From Bacteroidota bacterium (lineage in GTDB: Bacteria > Bacteroidota > Bacteroidia > Flavobacteriales > Flavobacteriaceae), in NCBI GenBank assembly GCA_027619415.1, contig JAQCFO010000003.1, positions 45,596-109,595 of the forward strand: a stretch of DNA of 64,000 bases. Direction: 5' to 3'. This document shows, one piece after another, positions 7,972 to 16,129 of this stretch. Numbering within the stretch: position 1 is the stretch's first letter; every line of letters begins with the position of its first letter. Below the pieces are notes generated by a model. It was not told where the DNA came from, did not search any database, and was given only the letters and a program-made list of their open reading frames with translations. The translations under genes and the position numbers were made by a program.

Positions 7972-9903
7972 TTAAGATTCCGTTTGGCTATATCGCGATT
8001 CTACGGCACTTAAAATTGCTTCAAGCATTTGAGAATAATCCATTCCCCTAAAACCACCCATTTTAGCTAAATGACCATCCCAACACCATCCTGGATTTGG
8101 GTTCACTTCTAAAATTTTAGGCTCTCCATTCGCATTCAACCGCCAATCGAATCGGCAATAATCCCTGCAATTCAGTCTTTCAAAAAGCTTAAGGCTATGG
8201 TTTGTCAATTCTTCTTCAGTGCTTGAAGGAATAGAAGCTGGTATAGATTTTAAGGTTTTCATATACGGAGAGTCTGTCAACCATTTAGCTTCATAGCCAC
8301 AAATCTTAGGCAGTCCTTCCGGTAATTCAGAAAAATCCTCCTCAATGATTGGGAGGACTGTGTAATTTTGCATATTTCCTATAATACCTACAGACAATTC
8401 GGCTCCAGTCAAAAATTCTTCTACTAATATTGGTTTAGAATATCCAAATTGCGACCTGATCCTCAGAATAGCATCTGCTAATTCTTCAATTGTATTGGCC
8501 ACATTTTTTTGAGTAATTCCGAAGCTGGAATCACCAAAATTAGGCTTAGCAATGACGGGGAACGGAATGTTGAGTTCAAATAAATTTTCATCAGCAGTAA
8601 TCATAAAAGCATCTGCAACAGGTACGCCTATTTCAGTAGCAATTCCTCTGATGAGTGACTTATCATAACAATACGCCAATGTCTGAGGATTAGAACCGGA
8701 ATAGGGTATTCTAGCTATCTCTAAAAGAGCAGGAACATGCAGTTCTTTTACTGCATCATTATCAAAACCTTCATCACATAGATTAAATACAAAATCTGTT
8801 TTTCCTTGCAATTTTTGCAAGTCAGAAACTAAGGTTTTATGATTGTTTAGATAACTGAATTTATATTTGTCCAACTTGCTCAAGGCAATTTTAAGTTTGG
8901 AAATAGTCTCAAAGTCATCAGAATCAAAAACAGCGTCTGGCTTAATTACATCATTGAGTGTAGGATCGCCCATGATGACGACGACATTTTTAACCTCCTT
9001 TTTAATCTTTTTTAGCGTCCATTCTTTTACTGATTTAGCGGTAAGGATGAACCTGTTTTCCATCATTCCCAAATCTTGATTGCGTAGAGATTCGGAACTA
9101 ATATTTCCATGAAAAGTCACCTCTTTAAAGTTTACATTTTTGAGCAGTTCAATTAAATCATCTTTTGCATATAATCTTTCTGCATAAAATTGGTCTACTA
9201 TTACACCTTTTTCTGTGTGGGTTATTACCTCTCTGGAAATAAGTCTCTGATTATCCGCAGCCATTGTTCTTTCTCTACAAACAAAATGCTTTTTGTCTAT
9301 CCACTCCCAACTCCTCGGGGTGTAACTTTTTCTTAAAAAATCACCATCGGCAATTTCCATTAGCAGTAGTCCACCAGGTTTTAATATCCTGAATATCTCA
9401 TTTAGAATTTTTGTATCATCATCCAATGTCTCAAAATAACCAAAGCTATTGCCTAAATTAGTTACGAAATCAAAAGTATCAGTAGGATAAGGCAGTTTTC
9501 TTGCATCACCTTCTTTATAATGAATAGATAATCCTTTTTTCTTGGATATATTTTTGGCTCTTTGAATTAAATAGCGAGAACGGTCCAAGCCATAAAGATT
9601 ATAATTCTTTCGGCTCTGTAGTTCTATTAAATGTCGTCCTTGTCCACATGCCAAATCCAAAAGAGTATCCCCTTCTTTTATGTTAATTATTTCCTGGAAT
9701 AGATCTACTTCTGTTTTGGTTATTTGACTGTCTTCTACCACATCTGCATCAGTTTTAAGATACATAGAATTGAAAATTCGCTTCCACCAATCGGGTTGCA
9801 AATTTTGCTCAAGGTTTGATATAGGTCCAATCGTTTTTTTGGAAACCATTTTTTTGTCAACCTTGCGATTAGAGCCTTGCCCTTTCGGGCTTTTTTGTTT
9901 CAT
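7972..9903 (-). CDS. fusion protein: class I SAM-dependent methyltransferase (N-terminal) plus D-Ala-D-Ala-ligase-type ATP-grasp (C-terminal)
   Basis: Methyltransferase motif I LLDLACGQGRHLIEL and post-I/II motifs in residues about 60-290. From about residue 305 there is a pre-ATP-grasp/ATP-grasp pattern (NLCDEG, HVPALLEIARIPYSGS, EEFLTGAELSVGIIG, ILEVNPNPGW). Confidence 0.8.
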   Translation of the reverse strand: MKQKSPKGQGSNRKVDKKMVSKKTIGPISNLEQNLQPDWWKRIFNSMYLKTDADVVEDSQITKTEVDLFQEIINIKEGDTLLDLACGQGRHLIELQSRKNYNLYGLDRSRYLIQRAKNISKKKGLSIHYKEGDARKLPYPTDTFDFVTNLGNSFGYFETLDDDTKILNEIFRILKPGGLLLMEIADGDFLRKSYTPRSWEWIDKKHFVCRERTMAADNQRLISREVITHTEKGVIVDQFYAERLYAKDDLIELLKNVNFKEVTFHGNISSESLRNQDLGMMENRFILTAKSVKEWTLKKIKKEVKNVVVIMGDPTLNDVIKPDAVFDSDDFETISKLKIALSKLDKYKFSYLNNHKTLVSDLQKLQGKTDFVFNLCDEGFDNDAVKELHVPALLEIARIPYSGSNPQTLAYCYDKSLIRGIATEIGVPVADAFMITADENLFELNIPFPVIAKPNFGDSSFGITQKNVANTIEELADAILRIRSQFGYSKPILVEEFLTGAELSVGIIGNMQNYTVLPIIEEDFSELPEGLPKICGYEAKWLTDSPYMKTLKSIPASIPSSTEEELTNHSLKLFERLNCRDYCRFDWRLNANGEPKILEVNPNPGWCWDGHLAKMGGFRGMDYSQMLEAILSAVESRYSQTES

Positions 9904-9955
9904 TGTTTTGTTAAATTTTATAAGTGATTAAATTTTTGCTTTAGTCGTTTTTTTG

Positions 9956-10015
9956 CTTATTTCTTTTTGATAGTCTTATTCTATCCCTGCTTTTACTTTT
10001 TCTGTTATTTCATTT
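9956..10015 (-). pseudogene. 60-nt relic homologous to an internal segment (6821-6880) of gene 5767..7212
   Basis: 55/60 identical, same orientation. Reads NEITEKVKAGIE*DYQKEIS versus NEIIEKVKAGIDQNYQKEIS in the intact gene. Overlaps the stop codon of 10010..10939. Confidence 0.7.
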
Positions 10016-10939
10016 ATTCTTGTTTATAAATTTTTTAACTATTTCTAAGCTTTCCATCGGCCTCTCTTCCATTGGGATATGTCCAGTTTTATCCATTATT
10101 GCAACTTCGCTATTTGGCAATAACTCATCAAATAACTTTGCGTTATTTACGGGAATCCAAGCGTCTTGTTTTCCCCACAAAATTAAAGTTGGAGTATGAA
10201 TTAACTTTAACCTAATAGAGTGGTCTATTGCTTTAATATAGGCTCTGTCAATAAATGATTGCCTGTTGTTTTCTCTTAAAATTAAATCTCTATACGTTTC
10301 AATTTTTTCATTGGTTAGCTTAGATTCATCATAATACACTTCTTTTAGATTCATCTTAATAAAACTCCTGGGAGTCACATATCTTAGTATTTTATTTAAT
10401 CCTGGTATTTTTGCTAATTTAAAAACAATTGGCGATTCTTTTTTAGAAAACCCGCCGGGGTTTAATAAGTGAAGCTGAGAAACCTGATCTTGATGAAATG
10501 AACTATAATACCAGGCTATTGTCCCTCCTAATGAATTACCCGCCATCATAAATTCATTAATCTCCAGTTTATTAAAAAATTCTTCTAAAAAAACTCGATA
10601 ATCATCTAATTGATATTTCTTTTGAGGGTGAGGTCCAGTAAGACCATATGCTGGCAGATCTAAACGAATCACACGGTAATTTTCGGAAAGCTCCTTAGTC
10701 CATTTATCCCAAGTATGTAAAGAAGCAGCTGTTCCGTGTAAAAGCACATATACAGGTCCTTCTCCTTCGTCTCTATAATGAATATTCATTCCTTGAATAT
10801 TAACAAATTTAGAATTTACATTAGTGTATTTTTTTTTAAGTTCTGATAAAGCAATATCAGGAGAAATCAAACTCCAAAAAATTAATACTATTCCAATAAT
10901 TATAAAAAAGAATTTAAATATTGGTTTTCTGTTTTTCAT
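10010..10939 (-). CDS. alpha/beta hydrolase
   Basis: HG oxyanion motif (LLHGTAAS), nucleophile elbow GNSLGG, C-terminal GH. Confidence 0.85.
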   Translation of the reverse strand: MKNRKPIFKFFFIIIGIVLIFWSLISPDIALSELKKKYTNVNSKFVNIQGMNIHYRDEGEGPVYVLLHGTAASLHTWDKWTKELSENYRVIRLDLPAYGLTGPHPQKKYQLDDYRVFLEEFFNKLEINEFMMAGNSLGGTIAWYYSSFHQDQVSQLHLLNPGGFSKKESPIVFKLAKIPGLNKILRYVTPRSFIKMNLKEVYYDESKLTNEKIETYRDLILRENNRQSFIDRAYIKAIDHSIRLKLIHTPTLILWGKQDAWIPVNNAKLFDELLPNSEVAIMDKTGHIPMEERPMESLEIVKKFINKNK

Positions 10940-10989
10940 ATAATAAATATAACAACTAAGATCACAAGTTTTTTTATCTTTAATATAAT

Positions 10990-11838
10990 ATGAAAAATTC
11001 TATTATCCACATCGTTATTTCTTTAATTGCTTTTTCCTTGTCTTATTTACTAGCCTACTCTACTGGATTGGTATTAGTACAGGTAACTGTTTTAATTGTG
11101 TTTACAATTCAATGGACTTTATTTATCCCCGCTTATTTATTTCGAACCGAAAAATTTTTTGATTTAGCTGGAAGTATCACTTATATTTTTGCTGTCTCAT
11201 TTATTATATATAAATCTAATAGTAACTTATTAAGCTACGATATTGGTAGTTTGATCCTTAGTACTGCTATCATTTTATGGGCTTTAAGACTAGGGAGTTT
11301 TTTATTTTTAAGGATAAAAAAAGCTGGCGAAGACAAGAGGTTTAAAAAAATTAAAACTTCCCCAACTAGATTTTTCATGACCTGGTCTCTTCAAGGAATG
11401 TGGGTGTCTCTATGTTCAGCATGTGCACTCACATCTTTAGCTAATCCAAATGGAATTCAAACAAATTTTTTATTCTATTTTGGATTATTATTTTTTTTGA
11501 GTGGTTTTATTTTAGAGATTATTGCAGACACTCAAAAATCTAAATTTAGATCAAATACAGAAAACAAAAACCAATTTATTAATACTGGGCTGTGGTCTTT
11601 TTCTAGACACCCCAACTATTTAGGAGAAATAATCCTTTGGCTTGGTATATCTATAATGTCCATTTCGTCATTAAGCGGATGGCAATATGTAACACTAGTT
11701 TCTCCTGTTTTTACTTATGTTTTACTAGTTTACATAAGCGGCATAAGACTTTTAGAAGAAAGTGGAAAGGAAAAGTGGGGGCATTTAGAAGAGTATAAAA
11801 CGTATTTGAAAAATACTCCATCACTTCTTATTAAATAA
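10990..11838 (+). CDS. DUF1295 / steroid 5-alpha-reductase-like membrane protein
   Basis: Multi-pass membrane protein with SRHPNYLGEIILWLG. Confidence 0.8.
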   Translation: MKNSIIHIVISLIAFSLSYLLAYSTGLVLVQVTVLIVFTIQWTLFIPAYLFRTEKFFDLAGSITYIFAVSFIIYKSNSNLLSYDIGSLILSTAIILWALRLGSFLFLRIKKAGEDKRFKKIKTSPTRFFMTWSLQGMWVSLCSACALTSLANPNGIQTNFLFYFGLLFFLSGFILEIIADTQKSKFRSNTENKNQFINTGLWSFSRHPNYLGEIILWLGISIMSISSLSGWQYVTLVSPVFTYVLLVYISGIRLLEESGKEKWGHLEEYKTYLKNTPSLLIK

Positions 11839-11839
11839 A

Positions 11840-12016
11840 ATGAAAGATCAAATTCCTAAAATTTTCAGAAAATCAAGCGGGCCAATAGTGGTCCAAGGAA
11901 AAGTTAAAGTAACTGATGAAGAAGGTAACGAAATCAAACACGGACCAAGGTTTAGCTTATGCGGCTGTGCTAAGTCTAAAACTCTGCCATTTTGCGATGG
12001 CGCACATAAATCTTAG
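11840..12016 (+). CDS. CDGSH iron-sulfur domain protein (58 aa, absent from ORF track)
   Basis: ATG 11840 lies 1 nt after the stop of 10990..11838. CGCAKSKTLPFCDGAH fits the consensus C-X-C-X2-(S/T)-X3-P-X-C-D-G-(S/A/T)-H exactly. Confidence 0.75.
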   Translation: MKDQIPKIFRKSSGPIVVQGKVKVTDEEGNEIKHGPRFSLCGCAKSKTLPFCDGAHKS

Positions 12017-12043
12017 TCCCAATTAATTAAGCCTAAATACGTC

Positions 12044-12068
12044 TCATTCTTGTGTTGGTCTAGAATGA
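12044..12068 (+). terminator. hairpin followed by T-rich tract
   Basis: TCATTCT (12044-12050) pairs with AGAATGA (12062-12068), followed by tttgcttttcttgtttttt. Confidence 0.45.
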
Positions 12069-12141
12069 CTTTGCTTTTCTTGTTTTTTAAAAGAAATTAG
12101 TATCTTGAATAATCTAAACAAACAACAACAAAAATTAAATT

Positions 12142-13365
12142 ATGGATCACTCTATTTCAAAAAATAAATTATTTACAGCTGCCTGTATTTCGTTAATTGT
12201 TACTGCGATGACTTTTGCAATTCGAGCAGGTATTCTAGGTCAACTAGGCGAAGACTTTGGTATAAATTCCACCCAACTAGGTTTCGTTAATGCTATGGCC
12301 TTTTGGGGATTCCCAGTTGCTACAATTTTTGGAGGATTTTTATATAATTTATTAGGGGCTAGAAAACTTATGATTATTGCTTTTATTTCTCATGTAGTTG
12401 GAATGATAATGACCATTTATGCTGGAGGGTTTGAAGCATTGTTAATCTCTTCTTTTTTTATCGGGTTTGCTAACGGGTCTGTAGAAGCGGCCTGTAACCC
12501 TTTAATTGCTGACATGTACACAAAAAACCGAACAACTATGTTAAACAAGTTCCATGTGTGGTTTCCTGGAGGAATAGTTATTGGCGCATTAACTTCAAAA
12601 TTTATGACTGACTTTGGATTGGGATGGCAATTACAAATAGCGGTTATGCTTATTCCTACTTTAATTTACGGATATCTGTTTTTTAAAGAAAAATTTCCTG
12701 AAAGTCAACATATAGAAACTGATACAAGTGTTAATATAAAGTCTTTAATTAACCCTTTGTTTATTTTTATTGCTATTTGCATGACTTTAACAGCTATTTC
12801 TGAGTTTGGCCCACAACAATGGATCGAGAAAATTTTAGGTAACTCAGGAACTAATCCAATGCTGATTCTTGCTATGGTTACTGGAATTATGGCTTTAGGA
12901 AGGTATTTCGCTGGACCTATAATTCACAAACTAAATCCAATAGGCGTTCTATTAATGTCTGCCATTTTAACTTCTGCGGCAGTATACTCAATGAGTATTG
13001 CTGAAGGAAACATGATCTATTTTGCAGCTATTTTGTTTGCTTTTGGAGTATGTTATTTCTGGCCAACTATGATTGGATTTGTTTCTGAATATCTTCCAAA
13101 AACAGGCGCCTTAGGAATGTCTCTTGTTGGAGGGGCCGGAATGTTTGCAACCGGGATTTGGAACCCTGTGATTGGTTCATGGATTGATGCAGAAAAAGAA
13201 ATAGCTCTAGCTTCAGGAGTGGCTCAAGAAGCAGCTGAATTAGTAGCTGGAAAAGCAGCACTTGGTAATATGGTTTATTTTCCGTTAGCGCTAGTTTTAC
13301 TTTTTGGAGTTTTATTTGCAGTTAGAAAAAAATTAGAGGAAAAAAGAATCCCTCAAGCAGTATGA
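12142..13365 (+). CDS. MFS transporter (sugar-type)
   Basis: About 12 TM helices. First gene of a three-gene module with an oxidoreductase and a TIM-barrel isomerase. Confidence 0.85.
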   Translation: MDHSISKNKLFTAACISLIVTAMTFAIRAGILGQLGEDFGINSTQLGFVNAMAFWGFPVATIFGGFLYNLLGARKLMIIAFISHVVGMIMTIYAGGFEALLISSFFIGFANGSVEAACNPLIADMYTKNRTTMLNKFHVWFPGGIVIGALTSKFMTDFGLGWQLQIAVMLIPTLIYGYLFFKEKFPESQHIETDTSVNIKSLINPLFIFIAICMTLTAISEFGPQQWIEKILGNSGTNPMLILAMVTGIMALGRYFAGPIIHKLNPIGVLLMSAILTSAAVYSMSIAEGNMIYFAAILFAFGVCYFWPTMIGFVSEYLPKTGALGMSLVGGAGMFATGIWNPVIGSWIDAEKEIALASGVAQEAAELVAGKAALGNMVYFPLALVLLFGVLFAVRKKLEEKRIPQAV

Positions 13366-13381
13366 TTTTAATATATAATAA

Positions 13382-14521
13382 ATGAATAATAAAATAAGAT
13401 TAGGAATTGTTGGTGGCGGTGGAGATTCGCTAATAGGAGTCTTACACAGGGTTGCTTCCGCTATGTTTGATCGTTATGAAATTGTTGGTGGCGTGTTCAA
13501 TCCTGACTTTAATGAAAATATTGCTTTTGCCAAAAAAATTGGATTAAATACTTCTAGAATCTATAAAGATTTTGAAACCATGGTTAGTGAAGAATCTAAA
13601 TTAGATGAATCTAAAAGAATGCAAGTAGTTTCAATACTGACTCCTAATTTTCTTCATTATCCAATGGCAAAAAAATTACTTGAAAATAATTTTAATGTCA
13701 TATGTGAAAAACCATTAACGACATCCTATCAAGAAGCTTTAGATTTAAAGAAAATTCAAAAAGAAAAAAATACTGTTTTCACCGTTACTTATACTTATAC
13801 TGGCTACCCAATGGTTAGGCAAATGACTAAAATGGTATCAGAAGGAATTATTGGTAACGTACAGAAAGTTGATGTTCAATATTTACAAGGTTGGCTTAAT
13901 CCTGTGATTCATGAAAAAGAAAAAAGATCTTCAACTTGGAGGCTAGATCCTAAAAAATCTGGTATTAGCTGCTGTGTTGGAGACATTGGAACTCATGCAT
14001 TTAATATGGTTGAGCTTGTGACAGGCATGAAAATAAATAAAGTTTTGGCAGATCTAAATACTTTATATGATGATAATCCAATGGATGTAGATGCCAATAT
14101 TTTGATTAGATTTTCCAATAATGCGAAAGGTGTTATTCGTTCAAGTCAAATAGCTACTGGAGAAGAAAACAACTTAAGAATTAGCGTTTACGGAGCAAAG
14201 GGAGGATTAAAGTGGGAACAAGAAAATCCAAATTATTTATATCATTTGTCAGATAATAATCCCGTTCAAGTTTTAAAGTCAGGTAACCCCTACAATGATC
14301 CATTATCTTTAGATGGAACAAAACTCCCTCCTGGACATCCTGAAGGTATTTTTGATTCAATGGGGAACATTTATAAGGGTGTTGCAAGAGCTATTAACAA
14401 AGAGTCTTATGACCCTGCAGAGTTCCCTTCTTTAGAAGATGGCGTTAGGGGAATGAATTTTATTGAAAAAACTATAGAATCAAACTCTAATGGAAATATT
14501 TGGGTTGAATTGAATAATTAA
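13382..14521 (+). CDS. Gfo/Idh/MocA family oxidoreductase
   Basis: N-terminal Rossmann IRLGIVGGGGDS and the EKP motif (VICEKPLT). Confidence 0.9.
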   Translation: MNNKIRLGIVGGGGDSLIGVLHRVASAMFDRYEIVGGVFNPDFNENIAFAKKIGLNTSRIYKDFETMVSEESKLDESKRMQVVSILTPNFLHYPMAKKLLENNFNVICEKPLTTSYQEALDLKKIQKEKNTVFTVTYTYTGYPMVRQMTKMVSEGIIGNVQKVDVQYLQGWLNPVIHEKEKRSSTWRLDPKKSGISCCVGDIGTHAFNMVELVTGMKINKVLADLNTLYDDNPMDVDANILIRFSNNAKGVIRSSQIATGEENNLRISVYGAKGGLKWEQENPNYLYHLSDNNPVQVLKSGNPYNDPLSLDGTKLPPGHPEGIFDSMGNIYKGVARAINKESYDPAEFPSLEDGVRGMNFIEKTIESNSNGNIWVELNN

Positions 14522-14525
14522 TAAT

Positions 14526-15578
14526 ATGAAAACTATAAAAGGGCCTGCTATTTTTTTAGCACAATTTGTTGGAGATGAAAAACCATTTAACAATCTGAAA
14601 AGTATTTGTGATTGGGCCAAAAATTTAGGCTATAAGGCTATTCAGATTCCTTCTTGGGATGACAGATTAATAGACATAACCAAGGCGGGAGAAAGCAAAG
14701 CATATTGTGACGAAATTAAAGGAATTGTAAATGAAGCTGGATTAGAAATTTGTGAACTAGCGACTCATCTTCAGGGTCAACTTGTCGCATCTCACTATGC
14801 ATATGACACCATGTTTGATGCCTTTGCTCCAAAAGAGTTGCAAAACAATGTGAAGGGACGGACGGGATGGGCTGTAAAGCAGATTAAATCCGCTGCGTCA
14901 GCTAGTAAAAATTTAGGAATTAACGTTATGGCTTCATTCTCAGGATCACTTCTATTTCATACAATGTATCCATGGCCACAAAGACCAAAGGGTTTAGTAG
15001 AAGCAGGCTTTAAAGAGCTAGCAAATAGGTGGACGCCTATTCTTAATCATTGTGAAAATAATGGCGTTGATATATGTTACGAAATTCATCCTGGCGAAGA
15101 TTTACATGACGGAGTAACTTTTGAAAGGTTTTTGAAGGCGACGAACAATCATTCGAGTGCAAAAATACTTTATGACCCAAGTCATTTTGTTTTACAACAA
15201 ATGGATTATTTAAAGTTCATTGACTATTACCATGAATATATAAAAATGTTTCACGTAAAAGATGCAGAATTCAATCCTTCTGGAAAATCAGGCGTTTACG
15301 GAGGTTATCAAGATTGGATAGATCGACCTGGAAGATTTCGATCACTTGGGGATGGTCAGATTGATTTTAAAAGTATCTTTTCGAAACTAAGTCAATATGG
15401 TTTTGATGGCTGGGCTGTTCTTGAGTGGGAGTGCTGTATTAAATCCCCCGAGCAAGGGGCAAAAGAAGGTTCAAAATTCATCAAAGATCATATTATTGAG
15501 GTGTCCAAAAAAGCATTTGATGATTTTGCTGGAGGAGATACTGATTCAAATCACATTAACCAAATTTTAGGACTTTAA
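14526..15578 (+). CDS. sugar phosphate isomerase/epimerase (xylose-isomerase-like TIM barrel)
   Basis: AP_endonuc_2-type pattern (YEIHPGE, HVKDA, VLEWE). Confidence 0.85.
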   Translation: MKTIKGPAIFLAQFVGDEKPFNNLKSICDWAKNLGYKAIQIPSWDDRLIDITKAGESKAYCDEIKGIVNEAGLEICELATHLQGQLVASHYAYDTMFDAFAPKELQNNVKGRTGWAVKQIKSAASASKNLGINVMASFSGSLLFHTMYPWPQRPKGLVEAGFKELANRWTPILNHCENNGVDICYEIHPGEDLHDGVTFERFLKATNNHSSAKILYDPSHFVLQQMDYLKFIDYYHEYIKMFHVKDAEFNPSGKSGVYGGYQDWIDRPGRFRSLGDGQIDFKSIFSKLSQYGFDGWAVLEWECCIKSPEQGAKEGSKFIKDHIIEVSKKAFDDFAGGDTDSNHINQILGL

Positions 15579-15586
15579 GGCTATAT

Positions 15587-15613
15587 AAAAACATTCTAAT
15601 AATAATGTTTTTT
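15587..15613 (+). terminator. rho-independent terminator of the sugar module
   Basis: AAAAACATT / AATGTTTTT stem with an 8-nt loop, running into a T tract. Confidence 0.6.
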
Positions 15614-15647
15614 ATTATATTTCGTTAGTTTTATAGTCTTAAAATAA

Positions 15648-15907
15648 CAAAATAAAACAACTAGTCTCTTTATTTTTAATCTCTCTGTTTTTTTTAACTG
15701 CAATGGTTCTATCGACAATTGTGGAGAAATTGACCGTAAATATGAAAAAAATGACCAGTATTTTTTCGCATTAATAATGCATGAAGACAATAATTCAAAT
15801 GATAGCGATGGTGGTGGTAGAGTATATAGTGATGTGACCGTTTCTGAAATGGATTATTTGTCAAAAAAATTGGCGATCAATATTGTGTTGAGCAGTAAAA
15901 AGATTTA
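15648..15907 (+). pseudogene. decayed paralog of the small lipoprotein 36200..36445 (no start codon, -1 shift in an A7 run)
   Basis: Own translation: ..SLFIFNLSVFFNCNGSIDNCGEIDRKYEKNDQYFFAL...DYLSKK, then KIGDQYCVEQ* in the next frame after A7 at 15863-15869. 25/70 ungapped identities with 36200..36445, including CGEI and YC. An in-frame TAA at 15645-15647 leaves no ATG/GTG/TTG before the signal-like segment. Confidence 0.55.
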
Positions 15908-15936
15908 ACTTTAGTCTATTAACTTAATAAAACTCT

Positions 15937-16128
15937 ATGGAAACTTATAAGTGTGATAAATGCGGGATGTCAGTTAACGCTTCTTGTGGAAAATGTGGAA
16001 TTCCTTTAGAAAACAGTCATATTATTCTTGACGACGGAACTAAAGTTCAGGTTTCAAAATGCCCTAGTTGTGAAGGCAAAATAAAATCGCCTTTATGTTG
16101 TGGAGAAGATATGAGTTGCTCTATTTAA
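15937..16128 (+). CDS. small Cys-rich (zinc-ribbon-like) protein, 63 aa
   Basis: Cys-rich: three CxxC pairs (CDKC, CGKC, CPSC) plus CC and further C-terminal Cys in 63 residues. Confidence 0.6.
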   Translation: METYKCDKCGMSVNASCGKCGIPLENSHIILDDGTKVQVSKCPSCEGKIKSPLCCGEDMSCSI

Positions 16129-16129
16129 A

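Noticed and set aside
15596-15790. 64-aa minus-strand ORF in the gap after the sugar module.
   Set aside because: The plus strand here carries the recognisable but broken lipoprotein paralog, so the minus ORF is its shadow.
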